A stretch of DNA of 64,000 bases, from contig CAVRJG010000033.1 of NCBI GenBank assembly GCA_963721455.1, forward strand, positions 32,001 to 96,000. The letters are read 5' to 3'. Source of the stretch: an uncultured Methanosarcinaceae archaeon. Lineage in GTDB: Archaea > Halobacteriota > Methanosarcinia > Methanosarcinales > Methanosarcinaceae. The notes beneath the pieces were generated by a model, which was not told the DNA's origin, did not search any database, and was given only the letters and a program-made list of their open reading frames with translations. Position 1 is the first letter of the stretch, and every line of letters starts with the position of its first letter. This document shows positions 52,742 through 63,625 of the stretch, piece by piece. Both the position numbers and the translations under genes were made by a program.

Positions 52742-52795
52742 AAAGATGAAAATCCAGAATACGGGGATAATAGATTCAGAACATGAGGGGTAAGT

Positions 52796-53776
52796 ATGGA
52801 AGAGAGTAATGAGAAATTTAAACCGCAAAGAAAAATTCTGATAGCTACTGACGGCTCAAAAGCTGCTGAAAAAGCAGCGGATTTCGGAATAGAAACTTTG
52901 AGATTTAGTGGGGCAAAGGTCTATGCTGCGTATGTCATCGATACAACTTCTTATGGCTCAGTTCCGAAGGACGAGAGATTGTCAAAAAAGGTCGAACAGT
53001 TTGAGAAAATCGGGCATGAAGCGACTTCTTATGTTGAGGAAAAAGCAAAAGCTGCAGGAATGGAAGCTGAATCCATAGTGCTCAAAGGAAATCCGGCTGA
53101 AGAAATTGTGAATTTTGCAGAAGACCCGAACGTTTACATGATTATAGTAGGGTCGCTGGGAAAAAGCGGAATTAAGCGTGTCATGCTTGGAAGCGTATCC
53201 GAAAAAGTTGTAAGGCATGCAAAAGTCCCGGTCCTGGTTGTCAGGGGACTAAAAGAAGAAAAACCACACCGACAAATTCTGATAGCTACTGACGGCTCAA
53301 AGGCTGCTGAAAACGCAGCGGATTTCGGGATAGAAATTGCGGGGTGGAGTGGGGCAAAGGTCTCTGCCGCATATGTTATCGATATACCTTCTTTAGACTC
53401 AATTCTGATGGATGAACCGTGGACAAAAGATATGTACAATCAGCTTGAGAAAACTGGTCGTGAAGCAACATCTTATGTGGAGGAAAATGCAAAATCTGCC
53501 GGAATAGAAGCTGAATCCATACTGCTTAAAGGAAATGCGGCTAAAGAAATTCTGAATTTTGCAGAGAAGCAGAAAGTTGACATAATTGTCGTAGGCTCGC
53601 TTGGAAAAAGCGGTGTTCAAGGTTTCTTGCTCGGAAACGTATCCGAAAAAGTATTAAGGAATTCAAAAGTCCCTGTACTTGTCGTACGCGAAATGTATAA
53701 ATTTACCAAGTTCGTCAGTCGTAGTCAAAGGAGTGAAAAAGTTCCGGCCAGTGTCGTACCCGGAGAGGGAGAGTGA
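52796..53776 (+). CDS. Tandem two-domain universal stress protein
   Basis: Two USP domains, each ILIATDGS...VGSLGKSG...VPVLVVR. Confidence 0.92.
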   Translation: MEESNEKFKPQRKILIATDGSKAAEKAADFGIETLRFSGAKVYAAYVIDTTSYGSVPKDERLSKKVEQFEKIGHEATSYVEEKAKAAGMEAESIVLKGNPAEEIVNFAEDPNVYMIIVGSLGKSGIKRVMLGSVSEKVVRHAKVPVLVVRGLKEEKPHRQILIATDGSKAAENAADFGIEIAGWSGAKVSAAYVIDIPSLDSILMDEPWTKDMYNQLEKTGREATSYVEENAKSAGIEAESILLKGNAAKEILNFAEKQKVDIIVVGSLGKSGVQGFLLGNVSEKVLRNSKVPVLVVREMYKFTKFVSRSQRSEKVPASVVPGEGE

Positions 53777-53822
53777 AAAACCGGGATTTGAAAGCAAGAT
53801 AACTGCATCAGGAGGATACTTT

Positions 53823-54260
53823 ATGAAACGAAGACCTTACAGGAAAATCCTTCTCGCAACCGATGGCTCGGAAAACGCAAAAAGCGCAGCCTGTTCAGGG
53901 CTTGAAATTGCGAAAAAGACTGGAGCTGAGATCTATGCCGTCTACGTTGCCGGCATTTCCTGCTGTTCTCCTATTATGCCCGAAAGTTACGACTGGGAAC
54001 TCGGAAAAGAGGGGAGTGAAGCAGTTGCGGAAATTGAGGAAATGGGAAAGGAGGCGGATGTTCCTGTAAACGCTGTCCTGCTACAGGGGCATCCTGCTCA
54101 GGAAATTCTGAATTTTGCAGAAAAGAATGATATCGATATGATTGTTATGGGGACGCAGGGAAAAGCAGGTGTTGACAGGTTCCTGCTCGGAGGAGTCACG
54201 GAAAAGGTAGTAAGGCATGCAAAAGCCGAGGTCCTTGTTGTGCGTGCACCCTGCCCCTGA
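53823..54260 (+). CDS. Universal stress protein
   Basis: GGAGG RBS, ATG 53823, KILLATDGS and MGTQGKAGVDRFLLGGVTEKVVR. Confidence 0.9.
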   Translation: MKRRPYRKILLATDGSENAKSAACSGLEIAKKTGAEIYAVYVAGISCCSPIMPESYDWELGKEGSEAVAEIEEMGKEADVPVNAVLLQGHPAQEILNFAEKNDIDMIVMGTQGKAGVDRFLLGGVTEKVVRHAKAEVLVVRAPCP

Positions 54261-54556
54261 AAAAAGGATTGTAGAATACAATCGTCAGATTAGATACAAC
54301 TTTCGGGCGTTGCTCACTGGTTTAGAGTCCAGGTTGAAGAAGAGAATATCCATGCGATGAAACTCTTTGATCACATAAACGATCAGGGTGGAAAACAAAA
54401 ATACCCTGACAGAAATTGATGCAGAACTGGCAAAGAGGCTTCCTCCGAGATAACCTGCCCGGGAAAAGGGGAGAAAAAATAAAGCGTCAACTTCCGAAAA
54501 AACAATTACCGAAGACAGCAAACCCTGAGGTCGGGTGTTCGGTCAGGTTTTAATAT

Positions 54557-55300
54557 ATGGAATCTGAAAAGCACAGTGAAATGTTAAGCAACCTGGAACT
54601 CGATATCGTGAAAAAAGGTTTTGAATGGCTCTCTGCCCGGCAAATTCAGTCCGTAAAGGAACTTTCGAGTACATTATCGGCACATGCCCTCTGGAGACTT
54701 CCGAATCCATACATAACTCGCCTGATTCTTAAACAGGAAAACGACGGTTCCTGGAATTTTTCAATCCGGGATACTGCCAGGGCCTGCTCAGCCCTTTCAA
54801 CTGAAGGAATTGTATTTATGGCGTCAGGGAAATGGCTGCTTACCAGAAAAAGCGGAAATTCCTGGAACGATGACGTTTACGATACAGCCTATGCCCTGGG
54901 AGCTCTTGCGGATATGGGAACTCAGGACAGAAGCGGATGCCAGTGGTTATATGAACATTATTGTCCTGCCTGGGAGCAGGTTGGCACTACGTCTCTGATC
55001 ATTATGGCGCTTAAAAAACAGGAAAATCTGGCAAAAAGCAAAGATTTCGAGGCCTTTATCCGGGAAAAAGCCGAATGGATCCTTTCAAAAAGAGGGCAGG
55101 ATGGAGGCTGGGGATATATTTCTACAGGCAACCTGGCAATCCAGGCCCTGCTTCTTGCAGGCTTTAAAGAAGAAATTGAAGATTCAGTCCACTGGCTCCT
55201 TGAAAATGTCCGCAAAAGCGGAGCCTGGGGAAATAAAGAAGATGATATAAATGCTACTGCGCTGGCTCTGAGTACTCTGGGGCTTTATAAAGAAACCTGA
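54557..55300 (+). CDS. Prenyltransferase/squalene-cyclase (QW-like) repeat protein
   Basis: KQENDGSW, RGQDGGWG, SGAWG and TALALSTL alpha-barrel repeats. Confidence 0.75.
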   Translation: MESEKHSEMLSNLELDIVKKGFEWLSARQIQSVKELSSTLSAHALWRLPNPYITRLILKQENDGSWNFSIRDTARACSALSTEGIVFMASGKWLLTRKSGNSWNDDVYDTAYALGALADMGTQDRSGCQWLYEHYCPAWEQVGTTSLIIMALKKQENLAKSKDFEAFIREKAEWILSKRGQDGGWGYISTGNLAIQALLLAGFKEEIEDSVHWLLENVRKSGAWGNKEDDINATALALSTLGLYKET

Positions 55301-55436
55301 ACAGGGAAAAAAATACTTCTTCGATCCATTCCCCTCTTTTTTTCGTACTCTTATTTCGTTTATTTCTTTTATTTTTTGAAACAGCTAGTTTGAACGATCT
55401 TCCAAAAAATATAAATAAAAATTCGATTTTTTTCAG

Positions 55437-55496
55437 AATTTTACCAATAAACATATATACTAAAGAAATTTCACCAATAAACATATATATTAAACA
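55437..55496 (+). promoter_or_regulatory. 30-bp direct repeat with TATA-like cores upstream of pylT
   Basis: AATTTTACCAATAAACATATATACTAAAGA / AATTTCACCAATAAACATATATATTAAACA. Confidence 0.5.
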
Positions 55497-55570
55497 ATAT
55501 TATTTTATATCACAAATTAAGATCACTATACAGGAAACAAAACACTTTGTTCAATCTGTTTTGCCTAGGA

Positions 55571-55642
55571 GGAAACCTGATCATGTAGATCGAATGGACT
55601 CTAAATCCGTTCAGCCGGGTTAGATTCCCGGGGTTTCCGCCA
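55571..55642 (+). tRNA. pylT: tRNA-Pyl (CUA anticodon)
   Basis: GGAAACCTGATCATGTAGATCGAATGGACTCTAAATCCGTTCAGCCGGGTTAGATTCCCGGGGTTTCCGCCA. 72 nt, CTA anticodon, encoded CCA, upstream of pylS. Confidence 0.98.
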
Positions 55643-55870
55643 TATTTCTGAATCCCGGAATGGCGCATACATAACATTCCACTGAAATTTTTATAGAATC
55701 TGGAGGGTTTTTCCAGAACCTATAAATTGTTTCTGTTGTTTGGAATCATTTTTATTTTCCGGGTAACTGTCAGTAAACTGCTGACTCCGTGCTTATATTC
55801 AGTAAGCCGGGATTCTGAAATACTATTTCTTGGAAATCATCCGGGCTTTTAATTCACCAGGGGTGACACT

Positions 55871-57144
<1,274 letters not shown>

Positions 57145-57204
57145 GCTGGAAAATCCGTTTAGAATAATGTGGAGTAATGCAAAACGTATTAAAGATATTA
57201 TATC

Positions 57205-57328
57205 GGCAAAAACAGAATGGCAAAAACAGAATGGCAAAAACAGAATGGCAAAAACAGAATGGCAAAAACAGAATGGCAAAAACAGAATGGCAAAAACAGA
57301 ACGGCAAAAACAGAACGGCAAAACAGAC
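57205..57328. repeat. 14-bp tandem repeat GGCAAAAACAGAA(T/C), 8 full copies plus a partial
   Basis: Directly visible between pylS and pylB. Confidence 0.95.
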
Positions 57329-57408
57329 AGAATAAAGGGATTAAAAATAGCAATCCTGCCCGAATGAGGCCGGAATAAATATCAGGAAATCTATGAGAGG
57401 GTGAAATT

Positions 57409-58461
57409 TTGATCCAAAAAATGGCACTTGACGAACTTGACAGGTTAGGGGAAAAAGTCATTGAAGGCTTTCAATTATCTGACGATGACCTGAGGGCTCT
57501 TCTCTCCCTTGAATCCGAAGAAGAGCTTGAAAAACTTTATTACGCAGCGCGAAGGGTAAGAAATTACTATTTTGGCAACAGGGTATTTCTTAACTGTTTC
57601 ATTTATTTCTCTACTTACTGTAAAAATCAGTGCGCTTTTTGTTACTATAACTGTAGAAATGAGATTAACCGTTACCGCCTGACCAGAGAAGAGATAAAAG
57701 AAACCTGTAAAGCCTTAAAAGGAGCAGGTTTTCATATGATTGACCTGACCATGGGAGAAGACCCCTATTACTATGAAGACCCGGACCGCTTCGTTGAGCT
57801 TGTCCAGATGGTAAAAGAGGAACTTGGGCTTCCGATAATGATTTCCCCAGGCGTGATGGATAACGCAACTCTTCTCAAAGCCAGGAAAAAAGGAGCAAAC
57901 TTCTTCGCCCTTTACCAGGAAACGTATGACATCGAACTCTACCGGAAACTCAGGGTTGGACAGTCTTTCAATGGACGTGTCAATGCACGCCTTTTTGCTA
58001 AGGAGCAAGGATATTGTGTAGAAGACGGAATTCTCACCGGAGTCGGAAACGACATTGAATCTACCATTCTGTCCTTAAGAGGAATGAAAACAAACGACCC
58101 TGAGATGGTCAGAGTCATGACCTTCCTGCCCCAGGAAGGAACCCCGCTTGAAGGTTTCAGGGGAAAGTCAAATCTCTCGGAACTGAAAATCATATCTGTT
58201 CTCAGGTTAATGTTCCCGAAATGCCTGATCCCTGCCTCCCTTGACCTTGAGGGTATTGACGGCATGGTTTACCGCTTAAATGTCGGGGCAAATATTGTTA
58301 CATCTATTCTTCCCCCCGATTCCCGATTGGAAGGCGTTGCAAATTACGACCGTGATCTTAAAGAACGGGACAGGGACATAAAAAGCGTAATAAAAAGGCT
58401 TGAAAGCATTGGGATGGAGCCTGCACAGCAATCTGAGTTTGAGGCAGTCCTGGGGTGCTAG
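57409..58461 (+). CDS. pylB: Methylornithine synthase (radical SAM)
   Basis: CKNQCAFC motif and position in the pyl operon. Ends in TAG. Confidence 0.95.
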   Translation: MIQKMALDELDRLGEKVIEGFQLSDDDLRALLSLESEEELEKLYYAARRVRNYYFGNRVFLNCFIYFSTYCKNQCAFCYYNCRNEINRYRLTREEIKETCKALKGAGFHMIDLTMGEDPYYYEDPDRFVELVQMVKEELGLPIMISPGVMDNATLLKARKKGANFFALYQETYDIELYRKLRVGQSFNGRVNARLFAKEQGYCVEDGILTGVGNDIESTILSLRGMKTNDPEMVRVMTFLPQEGTPLEGFRGKSNLSELKIISVLRLMFPKCLIPASLDLEGIDGMVYRLNVGANIVTSILPPDSRLEGVANYDRDLKERDRDIKSVIKRLESIGMEPAQQSEFEAVLGC

Positions 58462-58462
58462 A

Positions 58463-59554
58463 TTGAAAACGATCTGTCTTGTAGGCGGGAAGCTCCAGGG
58501 CTTCGAAGCTGCGTATCTTTCTAAAAAAGCCGGAATGAAAGTGGTTCTGGTAGACAAAGATCCGCAGGCCCTTACCCGAAATTACGCGGATGAATTTCAC
58601 TGCTTTGACGTAATAAAAGAACCTGAAAAGCTCCTTGAGCTCTCAAAAAGTATTGATGCCTTACTCCCTGTAAATGAGAACCTTGAATGTATTGAGTTTC
58701 TGAGTTGTATAAAAGACAAATTCTCCTGCCCGGTACTTTTCGATTTTGAAGCTTACGGGATCAGCAGGGACAAGAAAAAATCAAAAGATTATTTTGCATC
58801 CATAGGAGTCCCGACCCCGCAGGACAACCCCCTGGAGCCGCCTTATTTTGTGAAACCCCCCTGCGAAAGCAGCAGTGTAGGAGCCAGGATCATTTACGAT
58901 GAAGAAGAGCTCAGAGATCTTGAACCTGGCATGCTGATTGAGGAGTATGTAGAAGGGAAAGTAATCTCTTTAGAAGTCATAGGAGACGGAAGCCACTTTG
59001 CTGTAGTAAAAGAAACCCTGATCCATATAGACGAAACTTATGATTGCCATATGGTAACTCCTCTCCCTCCTGACCCTTCCTTCAGGCAGATATCCCATTC
59101 TCTTGCAGCAAATCTCTCCTTAAAAGGGATTATGGACGTAGAAGTGATTTCCGGCCCGAAAGGGCTCAAAGTAATCGAAATAGACGCTCGTTTCCCAAGC
59201 CAGACCCCAACAGTCGTTTATCACTCTTCAGGGATTAACCTGATAGAACTCCTTTTCTGCGCCTTCGCCGACGGGGTTGGGGAAATAAAAACCCTTCCCG
59301 AAAATAAATATTGCATTTACGAGCACCTCATGCTTGGAGAAAACGGGACCCTTGTTCCTGTGGGAGAGCAGGTACTTTCCATGGGAAACGATTACGGAAA
59401 GTACTATGAAGAACCCGGCATTGAAATTTTACTTTGCAAAGGAGAAAACCCGGTATTCACCCTGGTTTTCTGGGGCAAGAACAGGGAAGAAGCCGAGACG
59501 AGAAAATTAAAAGGGCTTTCGGTTCTGAAGGACCGTTTCGGAGCCTCTGTATAA
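58463..59554 (+). CDS. pylC: 3-methylornithine--L-lysine ligase
   Basis: TTG start, KTICLVGGKLQGFEAAY and ATP-grasp EIDARFPSQTP. Confidence 0.95.
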   Translation: MKTICLVGGKLQGFEAAYLSKKAGMKVVLVDKDPQALTRNYADEFHCFDVIKEPEKLLELSKSIDALLPVNENLECIEFLSCIKDKFSCPVLFDFEAYGISRDKKKSKDYFASIGVPTPQDNPLEPPYFVKPPCESSSVGARIIYDEEELRDLEPGMLIEEYVEGKVISLEVIGDGSHFAVVKETLIHIDETYDCHMVTPLPPDPSFRQISHSLAANLSLKGIMDVEVISGPKGLKVIEIDARFPSQTPTVVYHSSGINLIELLFCAFADGVGEIKTLPENKYCIYEHLMLGENGTLVPVGEQVLSMGNDYGKYYEEPGIEILLCKGENPVFTLVFWGKNREEAETRKLKGLSVLKDRFGASV

Positions 59555-59608
59555 AGGATAAGGATTTAGAGAATAAAGCTTTTCCAAAAACAGGAAATGG
59601 AGATAAAA

Positions 59609-60388
59609 ATGGCACTTTTAACCCCAGAAGACTTGAAAAACATTAATAGACAACTTCAGGAAGCTGATTCTGCCGTCCGGAGGGTAACAGGGCTTGACAT
59701 AAAAGGAGTCTGCAACGCCCTGTACGGCACTTCTCCCTGCTCTGAAAAAGTAGGTATTGTGCCTGTAACTTCAGGAAATGGAATTATAGGAAACTTCTCG
59801 GCTTCCCTGCATGCAATTACGCAGTATTTCGGGTTTGACAGTTTTGTTACGGATATGCCCGATGTTAGCGGCTATTACGAGGCTGTGCGGAATGGAGCAG
59901 AAATCATACTTATGGCAGATGACAACACCTTCCTTGCCCATAACCTCAAAAATGGAAAAATAGCTAACAACCAGCCCTGTACAGGAATAATCTATGCTGA
60001 AATCGTCTCCAGGCACCTGAAAGCCGAATCAAAGGACGTACTTGTTGTAGGGCTCGGGAAGGTAGGTTTTCCCGGAGCGGCACATTTTGTGAATAAAGGG
60101 TTCAAGGTTTACGGATACGATGCTGATAGGGCACTCCTCGAGAAAACGGCCTCCAATCTCGGAATTACCCCTTTCGACCCCTCTAACACCAGAAAGTTTT
60201 CCATGATTTTCGAGGCAACCCCATGTGCAAATACGATTCCGGAAGCTGTAATTTCGGAGAATTGCGTGATTTCCACACCCGGGATTCCCTGCGCAATTTC
60301 CGAGGAGCTTCGAATAAAATATAACGTGCAGCTTGTAATGGAACCCCTGGGGATAGGAACGGCATCAATGCTGTATTCTGTCCTCTAA
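59609..60388 (+). CDS. pylD: 3-methylornithyl-N6-L-lysine dehydrogenase
   Basis: MALLTPEDL, VPVTSGNGIIGNF and Rossmann VVGLGKVG. Confidence 0.95.
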   Translation: MALLTPEDLKNINRQLQEADSAVRRVTGLDIKGVCNALYGTSPCSEKVGIVPVTSGNGIIGNFSASLHAITQYFGFDSFVTDMPDVSGYYEAVRNGAEIILMADDNTFLAHNLKNGKIANNQPCTGIIYAEIVSRHLKAESKDVLVVGLGKVGFPGAAHFVNKGFKVYGYDADRALLEKTASNLGITPFDPSNTRKFSMIFEATPCANTIPEAVISENCVISTPGIPCAISEELRIKYNVQLVMEPLGIGTASMLYSVL

Positions 60389-60400
60389 ACAGAGTTGCCG

Positions 60401-60556
60401 AGTTTCGCTCAGCAGATGGGCTTGCGTTGCGCTGCAATCGCAGCACGAGGCCCTTTCGCTGCGCTCAAGAGGGCTAATTTATAGATAGAGGATTTCATTT
60501 CGCTCGCTCAAGCGGACTAACTATGACGTAGAATCGTGCTTTGCTCTCAAGAACGC
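60401..60556. repeat. Cluster of short TTTCGCT(G)CGCTCAAG repeats downstream of pylD
   Basis: tttcgctgcgctcaagagggcta, tttcgctcgctcaagcggacta and partial copies. Confidence 0.5.
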
Positions 60557-60590
60557 CGAATGAAGAAAAAGTGAAATAATAAGAAAAAGG

Positions 60591-60610
60591 GTGGGAATCT
60601 AGACTCCCAC
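60591..60610. terminator. Palindromic hairpin just downstream of ramA
   Basis: GTGGGAATCT/AGACTCCCAC followed by a T-rich tract on the minus strand. Confidence 0.5.
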
Positions 60611-60616
60611 TATAAT

Positions 60617-62239
60617 TTATTTCGCTGTGATTTTTAGTTTTGTGATATCGATGGCATTTTCGGGGCATATGCTGACACAGCGACGGCAGCTTGTTCCAAG
60701 GCATTTCTGGCTGTCGTATTTTGCGATTCTTCTGCCGTCTATTTCGACAATTTCAAGAGCGTCTTCGGGGCATTCTTTTACGCATTTCTGGCAGTAGACG
60801 CACTTGTCTACAGGGACTTCGAGGATTATGCCTATTTCTTTGAGGATGGAAAGCCCACCGGGCCCTACTTGTTCTATGTCTTTACTGACTCGTTTTTCGA
60901 TGCTGGCATGTTCCAGTGTTTTCGGGAAGGGAGGCAGGCCGTAGAGTTCAAGCATCTGGTCGTACATTTCAAGGGGCATGCCCTGGGTCCAGTAGGAGAG
61001 TTCGCAGAGGTAGAAGTTATTAAACGTTTCACTGGTTGCCATCATGAGGTGGTCGGCAGTGATTCTTTTTGCAATTTTTATCACGTAATCCAGCCTGGAC
61101 CTGTCCAGCACGAGTTCCCGCGCAAGAGCGAGGGAGGTGTTTCCGAACTGGACGATTTTTTTTGCATAACCTGGCGCAGCTCCGAGCCTGCGGGCATCTT
61201 CAGCATCCACATAGGCTCCGGAAGCTCCTGACATATACGCATATTCCAGATCTTCGTACTTAATCCCGGATTCAATGATCAGAGTCATATGCGCAGCCCG
61301 GATTGCCCCGATAGCTTTTCCTGCTTCCTCCACATCCTTCTCAGTGATCTCAATTCCAGGGCCCAGAATCAGCTTTCCATTCGGAAGTTTAGGAGATTTT
61401 TCAATCAGCCCACTTCTAAGTGCCAGAGAAAAAGCTGAGATTACCCCTGTTCCGGTAATTCCTACTGCCCCGCATCCGTAGGCCTCTTTTATCTCACCTG
61501 TAACCGGATGGATCAGGTAAGCGTCCTGTTTTTCCATCTCCTTATCAAGAACCATAATTTTCCAGTATTGTCCTTCAGGTTTCACATCGCAGATCGCGCC
61601 CGGGCTTGCAAGCATTCCGCAACTTATTCCCTGCCCTTCAATAGCAGGTCCTGCTGCAGCGCTTGCCGTGATGATTCTATCCCCGACTTTCAGGGCCATT
61701 TCGGCATTTGTCCCGTAGTCTGTGACAAGCGAAGGTTCGGTCTGGATAAGAAAATCGGTTTCAAGCATCATTGCCAGGGCATCTGCCCCTATTTCGTGCT
61801 TGATTGCAGGCGGCACAATAACCTCACAGTTCGGCAGGTCTTCATCGCCAAAAATCTCTGAGGCAGGAAACACGCGGGCGTCTCTCTTTACATTCTGGAC
61901 CCCAAGCATTTTCTGCTTGTTTTCTCCGGCGTATGCGAGGTCTCTTATTTCGATATTCTGGAAGAGGGATAGCTGAATAGGGTTTCCACAGACTGCGAGC
62001 CTTTCTACAAGGGAAAGGTCAATATTGAATTTCAGGAACATCCTCCTGATGGTTTCGATAATTACCGCATGAGCCACATCCTCACCTGTTGTGATTGCAA
62101 ATTCCAGGTGGTCTATAACATTTCCTCCTGGCAGAGGATGACCCATGGTTATGACTGTTTTTAAGGTCTTATTCGTTTCAAGGTCAATAAGCTGGGTTCG
62201 AAAACCGCTGGTACCCAGATCAAGTGCTATTCCATACAT
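60617..62239 (-). CDS. ramA: Methylamine methyltransferase corrinoid protein reductive activase
   Basis: ASKHA motifs ALDLGTSG and TDYGTNAEM, C-terminal 2x[4Fe-4S] ferredoxin (CVYCQKCVKECP). Adjacent to the pyl operon. Confidence 0.9.
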   Translation of the reverse strand: MYGIALDLGTSGFRTQLIDLETNKTLKTVITMGHPLPGGNVIDHLEFAITTGEDVAHAVIIETIRRMFLKFNIDLSLVERLAVCGNPIQLSLFQNIEIRDLAYAGENKQKMLGVQNVKRDARVFPASEIFGDEDLPNCEVIVPPAIKHEIGADALAMMLETDFLIQTEPSLVTDYGTNAEMALKVGDRIITASAAAGPAIEGQGISCGMLASPGAICDVKPEGQYWKIMVLDKEMEKQDAYLIHPVTGEIKEAYGCGAVGITGTGVISAFSLALRSGLIEKSPKLPNGKLILGPGIEITEKDVEEAGKAIGAIRAAHMTLIIESGIKYEDLEYAYMSGASGAYVDAEDARRLGAAPGYAKKIVQFGNTSLALARELVLDRSRLDYVIKIAKRITADHLMMATSETFNNFYLCELSYWTQGMPLEMYDQMLELYGLPPFPKTLEHASIEKRVSKDIEQVGPGGLSILKEIGIILEVPVDKCVYCQKCVKECPEDALEIVEIDGRRIAKYDSQKCLGTSCRRCVSICPENAIDITKLKITAK

Positions 62240-62487
62240 TTTTTAGGTCCTCCGGAAGTGTACATCGTGTCGAGGCGTCCGGCATCATAGACTGCCCCGG
62301 AAAAAATGGGATATGACGATTGTAATTGTAATTTTGTAATTTCTAATTCGACAGCAAGAGGAAAAAGAATATAATAATTTTAGAACTTATTAATTATATA
62401 AACTATTACTAATGGCTGGCTATAAAATATTGATAGCTGGTTATCAAGTTACATCTGTTCTTCAAATTTGTTATTCGCCATAATACA

Positions 62488-63189
62488 TCATTTTTTACAA
62501 AGGTAACTTGCCATAAACCCATCATATTTAACAGATTCAATAGAAAATCCAGTACTTTTTAGAAGACCTTCCATAATCCAATCCAGCGTTGAAAATTCTT
62601 CTCTTATGTGGATTTCCGTTTCTTCAGCAATTTCGTCTCCTGCGGATTTCTTCAGGTCAGTTATAATTTCATTAAAATAGCTGTCATAATCCTGAATCAT
62701 CGAAGGGAACACAACATCACGCAAATAGAATTTTCCGCCTTCCTTCAACATCCCATAGATTCTTCTCAGAGCCATCATTTTCCAGTAGTCTGGAAGGTGG
62801 TGTAAAGCCAGCTGAGTGACAATAACATCAAACGGTTCATCATAGTTTTCATATGTTAAAAAGCCGGCACTATAAAATTGTATATTTGTTTTCTTCTGGC
62901 TTTCGGCCTTCATTTTTGCAAAATCTCTCATAGTTTTCGAAACATCGACAGCTACAACCTTTTTGCAGTGCCCTGAAAGCTTGAGTGCCAGTTCTCCTGT
63001 TCCGGTCCCGATTTCAAGGATCGAATCCGTATTCTTTATTCCGAGAAGCTCTCGAATACGGTTAGCCTCAATTTCAGTATCTCTCAACTTCTGCATACGT
63101 AAATCATAGGCATGTACTTCTTCGAGATCTGTATAATCTACCCCGATTTGTTTAAATTCATCATAATACCATCGTGGATACTGGCTCAT
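62488..63189 (-). CDS. Class I SAM-dependent methyltransferase
   Basis: ILEIGTGTG, AVDVS, FDVIVTQLALHH and LKEGGKF. Confidence 0.88.
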   Translation of the reverse strand: MSQYPRWYYDEFKQIGVDYTDLEEVHAYDLRMQKLRDTEIEANRIRELLGIKNTDSILEIGTGTGELALKLSGHCKKVVAVDVSKTMRDFAKMKAESQKKTNIQFYSAGFLTYENYDEPFDVIVTQLALHHLPDYWKMMALRRIYGMLKEGGKFYLRDVVFPSMIQDYDSYFNEIITDLKKSAGDEIAEETEIHIREEFSTLDWIMEGLLKSTGFSIESVKYDGFMASYLCKK

Positions 63190-63335
63190 ATAGGTCCCTT
63201 TCTTTAATTATACCTGATTACCTGAGTTTATAGCGAATTACCTGAGCCCTTTTAGCATCTGAAACGAAAAAGTTGTTACTGAGAGCACAGAAAATATGAG
63301 ATCAATCCGGATTGGAGATTTGTCGAAGTTCTCTT

Positions 63336-63538
63336 AGAGCGTGTCTTAAAATTAAAATGAATCACATAAACGGGATAGAATTCATAATTTGAAATAAAGA
63401 ATTAGGTGGAGTCCATCAGAAATTTAGATAACATAAGGTCATATGTACCCGATTTTCAGAAAAATTTATGATCTTATTCTAAACTAAGCGTTTCCAATTA
63501 CCAATTGTAGAATTGATTTGAATTTTAAGACATGCCTT
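63336..63538. mobile_element. MITE-like element (about 200 bp) with terminal inverted repeats
   Basis: GCGTGTCTTAAAATTAAAAT matches the reverse complement of the right end (GCATGTCTTAAAATTCAAAT) at 18 of 20 positions. TA-flanked, no ORF. Confidence 0.55.
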
Positions 63539-63555
63539 TAGATACTTTGAGAATC

Positions 63556-63625
63556 CATTCTTTAAATGAGATGCTTTGATGATACATTCTTTAAATGAGA
63601 TGCTTTGATGATGCATTCTTTAAAT
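63556..63625. repeat. 29-bp direct repeat (CATTCTTTAAATGAGATGCTTTGATGAT), about 2.4 copies
   Basis: Directly visible. Confidence 0.8.

Noticed and set aside
54285-54521. 78-aa minus-strand ORF between the usp cluster and the prenyltransferase-like gene
   Set aside because: It has no clear RBS or motif, so it cannot be distinguished from a chance ORF.
57205-57328. Tandem repeats here and at 10421-10532 as CRISPR arrays
   Set aside because: The units are head-to-tail with no unique spacers.
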